Source of the DNA: an uncultured Candidatus Peribacteria bacterium
GTDB taxonomy: Bacteria > Patescibacteriota > Gracilibacteria > BD1-5 > UBA6164
Length of the DNA stretch: 27,083 nucleotides
Reading direction: 5' to 3'
Assembly: GCA_964449635.1 (NCBI GenBank)
Contig: CAYUZH010000004.1
Location: 1-27,083, forward strand
Part shown: in pieces, positions 20,235-27,083 of the stretch
Numbering within the stretch: position 1 is the first letter of the stretch
Layout: every line of letters begins with the position of its first letter
Program-made: the position numbers and the translations under genes
The notes under the pieces: generated by a model
What the model was told of the DNA's origin: nothing
Database searches by the model: none
Seen by the model: the letters and a program-made list of their open reading frames with translations, nothing else

Positions 20235-22892
20235 ATGTCACCTCAAAAACCTTTTGAATGACCATCTGATGACGTTCTTTATCATTTCACAGATAACGAA
20301 CTTGAAGATGCTGCCAAGAAACTCTGAATCGCAGAGGCTGCTGCTACTATTATCTCTCAATGAATAGTAATCGAAAAAATAAAACAAGACCTTGATTCAA
20401 GAACAAGACAAAACTGACTTCCAAAAGAACTTCATGATTTCATCAATTCTCGAAGAGCCAAACATTTATTTCGTATGAAATGAGTTTCTTTTCAAACATG
20501 AAAAGATGATAGATTGGGAGAGAATATTGACAATCTCTGTGCAAATCTTAATCCTGAATCTTCTTATGAAGGAGGCCCTATAAAATACCTTGAGACTATT
20601 CATAATAAATATTTTAATGATAATTCCCCTCTTGGTGATTTCATCATGCGTACTCCCGAGGATTATCTCAAAGTACTCATTTACCAACTCAATCTTACTC
20701 GTATTGAGCAACTTGAAAGATTTTTTCAAGCATTTGAAAAATATAAAGAAAAATTAGAGATATCTTCCGAATGATTTTATAAACGGTGAAGTTGAGAGTT
20801 TTATCATTTACAATACTCTTTTAAAAACCACGTAGAGTTTTTGGCTACTACCATATCTCCCGAACGACTCTACCATATCCTTAATATCTTCAATATTAAA
20901 AATATAGATGATTTCATCACCCTTTTTATAAAAACTCCTTGAATATATCCTCTTCTGGTGGGAGTAGATTTAAATCTTTTAACTTATTTCACTGAAGCTA
21001 ATAAAATAAATACTCTTGAAAAATGCATCAAATTTTTCTGATATGATTGAGATTGAGAACCAGATTCTCTTAAGAGTTTGAAAAATAGAGATCTCAATAA
21101 AAAAGAAGAAACCGACATAAAAAAAATTCTTGCACGTATCAGTGAACTTGGAGAAAAAGCGATTGAAAATACTTTATTTTTATTAAGGTATTTTTGAATT
21201 CACGATATAACATCTCTCTCGGTCATTGATACAAATATGGCAAATATACTTTCTGCATCTTCAGAAGCAAATATATGATATCTCCTCTGACTCTATGGAG
21301 CAAAAAATCTTGAAGAAGTGAAATCTTGTTTACTCCATCCATATATATCTTCCAACATAGAAAGGGTTGATTATAAAAACCTTTTTCAAATACTACAGAT
21401 GATAGGAATCTCAAAAAAAGATCAGTCTCCAATAGCAAAAAAGATAGTAGAAAATTGGTATGATACCGATACTTCCGACACTCTCAAAGAGTTAAAAATC
21501 ACGCTCGAGAAATTCAAGTGAAACATAGGAAATATAGGCCTCTATATTCTCTTTGTATTGAAAGAGAAAAAAGATATTCGAGGAAATATACAAGAACTCA
21601 TCAAAACATTGGAATCTCTTGAAAATGTACTTTCTCATCCAGGAACAAGCGCATATATAGATTTTTCTCGACTTATACAATTGTCTGATTTTATGGGGTG
21701 ATATATCACCTGTTATCTAGCAAAAAAAGTTTTAGAAACTTCCGAGATAGAACAACTTTTGCAATCATGGGAAGAGACGATACAAGAGTATAAACGTGGA
21801 AGTTTTGATAGAGAAAATGAACTTCATATCAATCTAGAATACAAATACTTTAAACAAATTTCTCAAGACGATACTATCGCACAACATATGTGGAGTAAAT
21901 TTACTTTCACTGATTACACCTATATTTTTAGAAGAAATGTCTGAAATAATACAAGTTTTAGAGACAAAGATGCTTATGAACTTGAATGTGTTTCATATGA
22001 AGCAGAACTCTTGAAACAGTATATCTTCCAAGTAAATGAAAAAGCAAAACGTCTTTGAAAAAAACTTATAGTAGTACCAAACCTTACCTATGGGTATCTT
22101 CCACTTTCAGCTATCATACAAGAACTCGAAGGAGAAAGCAATATAGAAATTTGTATCTGACCAAAAGTCGGTTCTACAGAAAGTCATAGCAATATGGAAG
22201 TACTAAATAGAAGTTTATTTCGTTGAAAAAGAACCGATATAATAAACAACCAACCTATGATACTCGTCATAGATGGTACTCAACACCTCGTATCAAGAGA
22301 TGGGGACGGTAAATCTGCACGATATCCTGACGCATATCAATGATATCTCAATCAAGTCATAGCTATAAACTACGCACTTTGATATACTGATCCAAAAAAA
22401 CTTCAAAATGCATATATTTGAAAAACAGAAGAAGATCTCGTCAGACTTTTTGCTACAGAAGAATTCAAAAGAACAAGTGAAATTTATCGTAACCTTATAG
22501 AACAATCACCTCGCAACATGTATAATTTCTGACTCCGGAATACTGCATGATACCCTCTTATAATTCGATGATATAGAAGAGAAATACCAACTACTATACA
22601 ACCTTTGGAAGCATCTGATGTAAATGGTCCTACTCTTATCTTTTGTAATGTTGGTGTATTACACGAAGACCTCCCAGAACAGATTAAGTCCTCTCGTTAT
22701 CAACATATACCTGCATACTTTGATGATAGTGGGAAAATTATACGCTTCGAGTACTGATATTCCTCAACTGGTATCCAGTTTGCAAACAGTATTGAGACAC
22801 ATTTACAAAATTTACAAAACAAAAATAAGAAGTCTCAGCCTCCTCATCCTGCTCTTTTGAGACACAAAATATCTATTACTCATGAAAGTTAA
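20235..22892 (+). CDS. large hypothetical protein, 885 aa (helical repeats plus PRTase-like C-terminal region)
   Basis: A single frame with no TAA/TAG for 2.66 kb that includes ORF-track fragments 20514, 21318 and 21759 (all the same frame). Confidence 0.88.
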
Positions 22893-23521
22893 AACTCCAT
22901 ATTGAGTCACGCATAATCAACTTCTCCCCAATTTCATGGAGAAAACTGTTTCTCTGTGATAATTGACTGAATTTTTTCATCACCTCCTATTACTTTTATC
23001 GTTCTATATTCTTGAATTTCTTGTTCATGAACAATATTACCTGATAAATAAAAAGAAGTATATCCTCATAAATTTTTTATATAAAGTATTCATTGATCAT
23101 ACTGAGTATTGAGGTTTCAAGTAAATCCAACACTCGAAGTAATAAGTCCAGATGCGGTAACTCCTCCTACAAATGTCGATCATGAAAAAGCAACAAATTT
23201 GAAAAAAAGAGGACCTCCTTTTTGAATCGTTATATGGAGAGGAAACTGAGTCGTGGTGGTGTATCGAAACTCTGTGCTTTTTCCTTGTTGCAAAGTAAAA
23301 AAATTTTGCATCAGCTTCTCAAAACGGGTTCGGTCTCCCGCTCAAGTTCATTCATTTAAAGAATCTTGTTGAAACATAGTTTCTACGACTCCCACAAGAC
23401 TTTTTTCAAATCGTATTTTTTCTGAAAGTTTTGTTGAAAATGAAGCGAAAAGAAAAACAAGAACAAGCGATATACATATCGACCATAAAAGTATACTCCC
23501 TGTATTATTGCTTTTTTGCAT
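22889..23521 (-). CDS. PilX/GspK-like minor pilin, 210 aa
   Basis: MQKSNNTG|SILLWSICISLVLVFLFASF: short leader ending in Gly, then a hydrophobic helix lacking Glu+5; open to TAA 22889 with TGA=Gly. Confidence 0.6.
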
Positions 23522-23574
23522 AGGATTGAAAAATAGGATACAATAAGAAGGAACTATTTGTAATAGTATAGCAA

Positions 23575-24924
23575 ATGAGCGAAAATACAACTCAAAAAGA
23601 TGATACTTCCTCTTCACAACAGTGAGGAGGAGTTCAAAATCAAAATATCCAAGAACTCAAAGAAACTCTTCTTTCACAAGCCGAAAAAAGAGAGTATTAT
23701 TCTGCTCGTTTTGATAAAATAGAGCAACATGTCAAAGAAAATCTCTGAAAGCAAAATACTGACGAAGTTCTTCGAGATATTACTCTTTGATCGATGGTGG
23801 TCTGAAGTTCAGATATTCACTATGAAGTGTATGAAAAAGATGTGATTGTTCGTTTCAGAATTGATGGTGTCCTTGTTGATATATTTAATCTTCAACATAA
23901 AGAATATAAAGCTATTCTTGAACGCTTAAAATATTCTGCTGGACTCAAGCTCAATATTGTTGAGGTTCCTCAAGATGGAAAATATTCTATGAAAATAGAT
24001 GAGAAAAAAGTAGATGTCAGAGTTTCTACTCTCCCCACAAAATACGGAGAAAACGTGGTTTGTAGAGTACTCGATGCTCAAAAAAATATCATAGATTTTG
24101 AAGAACTTGGTTTTTTTTGGACTTCAAAACGTATGATTGAAAAAGCAATTACTCAAAATACTTGAATGATTCTTGTCACGTGACCAACAGGGTCTTGAAA
24201 GACAACGACTTTGTATACAATGCTTGAACGTCTTAATACTCGTGATGTGAAAATCATCACTCTCGAAGACCCGATAGAGTATGAGATGCCGGGAGTTATC
24301 CAAGCAGAAGTCGATGAAAGAAAATCATTTACTTTCGCTGTTTGACTCAAAGCTCTGATGCGTCAAGATCCTGATATCATAATGGTCTGAGAAATCCGCG
24401 ATGCGGAAACTCTCAATACAGCTGTCAATGCTTCTTTGACTGGTCATCTTGTTCTTTCAACCCTCCATACAAAAAGTGCGGCTGAGACGCTTGATAGACT
24501 CAGAAATATGGGACTTCAAAATTTTCTCATGGCATCGGCTCTCAATACCATTATCGCTCAAAGACTCGTAAGAAAAATATGTTCTCATTGTAAAGTTGAA
24601 AAGCAAAAGACTCCCACAGAAGAAGCGATTGTAAAAAATATGATGGAAGAAACAGGAATGAAATGAATTCCAACCGAAAACATAAAACTTTATCACGGTA
24701 CTGGATGTGAACAATGTAATCATAGCGGATATCACGGAAGAATTTGAGTCTATGAAATTATCAATATGAACGAAAAACTTAGAGACCTCATCCGTTCATG
24801 AGCAAAAACAGAGGATATCATTCGCGAAGCAAGAAATGGTGATCTTATCACTATGAAAGAAGATGGTATCTTAAAAGCAATTCGAGGACATACGACAATA
24901 GAAGAACTTTTACGTGTTATATAA
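23575..24924 (+). CDS. PilB/GspE-family ATPase (paralog 2), 449 aa
   Basis: [20 protein letters not shown](G)PTGS(G)[23 protein letters not shown](G)[18 protein letters not shown]...GCEQC. Confidence 0.95.
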
Positions 24925-24980
24925 ATATACTCTTGTAATTGAGTATATTTTTTTTACAATAAGAAAAATAATATATCTCT

Positions 24981-25826
24981 ATGCAGAAAAAATACATTCT
25001 TATTCTCTCGATTTTCTTTTTATTTATTCTCCAAGCTGCAAATGCAGCCGAGAGTGGAGATAGCTGTGAATCAAAAAAATGATATGCACGATACCAATGT
25101 CGTGTAAAACAATTGTGCGAGAAATATGACTCAAAAAAGCCAGTTTGGAGATGAGATGGCTATGAGGATGCTGAAAACTACCGCTGACAAACCCAGTGAT
25201 TAGAAGCTGCTGCTTTAGAAAAAGTAAAAACAATTTATAGAACAAATATATGAAATATTTATAAATGTGCTCTCATTAATTCACAAAAAACAACGCTCAA
25301 AAATTTCAAAGAAAAACTTCTCAAACTTGATAAAACAGGGACCTTAGAAGATAAAATGTGAAGGCAGATTGATACACAACTTCAAAAAGCTGATGTGACT
25401 GCTTCAAGTATTTGATGTCAAAATATAGAAAATAAAGAAATATATAACAAACTGAATATCTTGTGAGAATCCACTCTTGAAATGTGTAAATACGTAACAT
25501 ATCTTGAATATTTACAAGAGTATTATAAAGAACTTCCAAATCTCATATGAAACGGAGGACAAAATGAAAATATGACCTATAACAATCAAGAAGTGGCGAA
25601 AGCTCTTGGATGAGTACAATGAAAATTACAGTCTGAAATAGATCATAGTTTAAAAGTTATGCCTATGGCATTTCGTGCATACGGTCAATATGAAAATAAC
25701 CTCCCTGCTCATCTTCTTTTACAGATTATCAAAGAAGATTATATCATTATCCGAGACAAGCTTTATAAAGCTCTCTCTCCTATTAGTCAGGTTGTTTATA
25801 AAATTAGTAATGCAATGCAAAAATAA
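24981..25826 (+). CDS. secreted hypothetical protein, 281 aa, six Cys in the mature part
   Basis: Sec signal MQKKYILILSIFFLFILQAANA|A; open to TAA 25826. Confidence 0.82.
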
Positions 25827-25855
25827 AAAGAGGGATAATCCCTCTTTTTATTTTT
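25819..25855. terminator. bidirectional intrinsic terminator
   Basis: AAAAATAAAAAGAGGG-ATAAT-CCCTCTTTTTATTTTT. Confidence 0.8.
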
Positions 25856-25864
25856 GATGAGCTC

Positions 25865-26482
25865 TTAATCAGGTAATCCCCAAGAACTTTGGTCTTGCAC
25901 TGAACGAGAATATTCTTCAAGTCTTTGTATTATATATGAAATCGCTTCTTGTACTTTCTGACTTTTTGGTGATTTTTCATTCAATTTTGCTATGATTTTA
26001 TATACAAGAGTAGATTTTTTTATCCCATCTGTATATTTTGCATCTATTTTATCAGTAAGCTTTTTTACAGAAGCATCTATTTTCAATTTTGTTTTTTGAC
26101 TAAGTATTTCTGTATTAATAATTTCTGTTTTACATGCACCTTCATAGAGAAGAGTTGCTCATTCTGATTCCATCATACATTTATTTCAGTAGGTTTTTGG
26201 CATAGGCATCATCATTGAACAAGCCATTCCAACAGCACAATCTGGCATTTTTGGTTGACCACAAACAGGCATATATTCTTTTGTACATACCTTTGGAGTT
26301 GCTGAAACACTTGGACAAGCTTCAAACTCACATTTAGGACCACTTCTTCCTACATAGGTTACTCCATCTGGACAAAGTTTTGCTTCCATTGTACACATCA
26401 CCATTTCTTCATTTGCAAAAGAAAACTGTGAGAAACTAAGAAAAAAAATGGTTGCAAGGAGAAAAAGAAAGAATCTTTTCAT
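25865..26482 (-). CDS. secreted Cys-rich protein with a Kazal-type domain, 205 aa
   Basis: Signal peptide ending SFA|N; CTMEAKLCPDG...CEFEACP; CTKEYMPVCG...TY(G)NKC...YEGAC; ORF fragments 26186-26515 and 25865-26086 join in frame. Confidence 0.85.
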
Positions 26483-26577
26483 AATAATAAAATAAGGAAA
26501 TAAATAAGGCTTCATATTTATTATACGGAAAAATTAAAAATGAGTGACATCATAAAAATATTTTTAAAAAATATCCC

Positions 26578-26849
26578 ATTTACTACAAGTCAGGTACTCG
26601 CTCAATCATTCCCTTCGAGAATCCCTCTTTTACTAAAAAACAAGGATTTTCTCCTTGTTTTTATTGTATTTTCAAATAGCCCCTGGATGAGGGATTCGCC
26701 GCAAGTCGGGCAACCAAGCACGAAAGACACAAACGTGTCTTTCTCTTCACTTCGTGAAGGCTTTCCCTTCGAATCCCTTTTATACTAAAAAACAAGGATT
26801 TTCTCCTTGTTTTTATTATATTTTCAAATGGCTCGGGATGAGGGATTCG
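26578..26849 (-). repeat. imperfect ~152-bp tandem module downstream of tRNA-Gln (tRNA 3' end, terminator and structured element)
   Basis: 35-nt identity 26631-26665 = 26783-26817; GGATGAGGGATTCG at 26685-26698 and 26836-26849; further decayed matches at 26578-26626. Confidence 0.9.
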
Positions 26850-26902
26850 AACCCCCGATAGGGGATTCAGAGTCCCCGGCCTTACCACTTGGCGAATCCC
26901 GA
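26829..26902 (-). tRNA. tRNA-Gln(CTG), CCA encoded
   Basis: TCGGGAT/ATCCCGA acceptor (U1-A72), GGGGA-CTCTGAA-TCCCC anticodon arm, GGGGG-TTCGAAT-CCCTC T-arm, G73-CCA; 74 nt. Confidence 0.95.
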
Positions 26903-26909
26903 ATACAAT

Positions 26910-26943
26910 ATAAGACCGGTCTTATCAGTAAGACCGGTCTTAT
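26910..26943. repeat. tandem duplicated 14-bp perfect palindrome
   Basis: TAAGACCGGTCTTA at 26911-26924 and 26929-26942, separated by TCAG. Confidence 0.9.
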
Positions 26944-26951
26944 ATATATAA

Positions 26952-27083
26952 TTATTTGATTTCAACAGTAGCTCCGTTTTCTTCAAGTTTCTTTTTCATA
27001 TCTTCAGCATCAGCTTTTGATACGTTTTCTTTAATAACACCTCCGTTATCAGCAAGTCCTTTTGCTTCAACAAGTCCAAGACC
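26952..27083 (-). CDS. rplL: 50S ribosomal protein L7/L12, C-terminal part (5' end outside the window)
   Basis: [46 protein letters not shown]. Confidence 0.95.
   Translation of the reverse strand, partial: GLGLVEAKGLADNGGVIKENVSKADAEDMKKKLEENGATVEIK

Noticed and set aside
20083-22892. Prophage or integrative element at tRNA-Lys
   Set aside because: No integrase or phage genes, and I found no duplicated tRNA-Lys 3' end within the window.
23522-23617. Longer N-terminus for the PilX-like gene, as in the ORF track
   Set aside because: It would overlap the start of pilB paralog 2; ATG 23521 gives a typical short prepilin leader.
26675-26780. A second tRNA gene downstream of tRNA-Gln
   Set aside because: Only the T-arm 3' strand and part of the acceptor are copied; it ends in CTA rather than CCA and has no D or anticodon arm.
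26578-26849. CRISPR array
   Set aside because: Only two good copies, a period of about 152 nt, the repeat includes a tRNA 3' end and terminator, the intervening sequences are related to each other, and there are no cas genes.
26540-26888. ORF-track proteins 26540-26788 (+) and 26661-26888 (-)
   Set aside because: They run through the tRNA, repeats and terminators and have no protein-like features.
1-27083. Mass pseudogenisation suggested by the fragmented ORF track
   Set aside because: The interrupting codons are all TGA at Gly positions and frames stay intact. Only the TPR gene has a true break.
1-27083. TGA read as Trp (table 4) or selenocysteine
   Set aside because: TGA falls in Gly-invariant motifs (Walker A, GHAGTLDP), while conserved Trp residues (QPWD, EPWHW, LTWF) use TGG.

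Overview
AT-rich bacterial chromosomal window in which TGA is read as glycine (translation table 25), pointing to Gracilibacteria (BD1-5/GN02) or Absconditabacteria (SR1) of the CPR/Patescibacteria. The supplied table-11 ORF track therefore shows only fragments plus many antisense artefacts. I re-translated the window by hand with TGA=Gly and recovered about 34 densely packed CDSs, two tRNAs (Lys-TTT, Gln-CTG) and several terminator hairpins. Recognisable genes: miaA, nth, rpmG, frr, yaaA, lepB, truB, partial rplL, a prepilin peptidase, two PilB/GspE ATPases, a sortase, a SanA-like protein, a Nudix hydrolase, a YbaK/ProX deacylase and an ABC ATPase. Most unusual items: (1) a HisI-like protein that looks like a single-chain pseudo-dimer with the metal ligands split between two copies; (2) an alpha/beta-hydrolase fused to a VanY/M15B D,D-carboxypeptidase; (3) an 885-aa orphan with six ~35-aa helical repeats and a PRTase-like C-terminus, next to tRNA-Lys; (4) a decaying ~152-bp tandem module behind tRNA-Gln that duplicates the tRNA 3' end and terminator and carries a branched hairpin element; (5) a doubled 14-bp palindrome just upstream of that tRNA; (6) a secreted Kazal-domain protein; (7) a frameshifted TPR gene. 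All family assignments come from manual motif recognition; no database searches were run.
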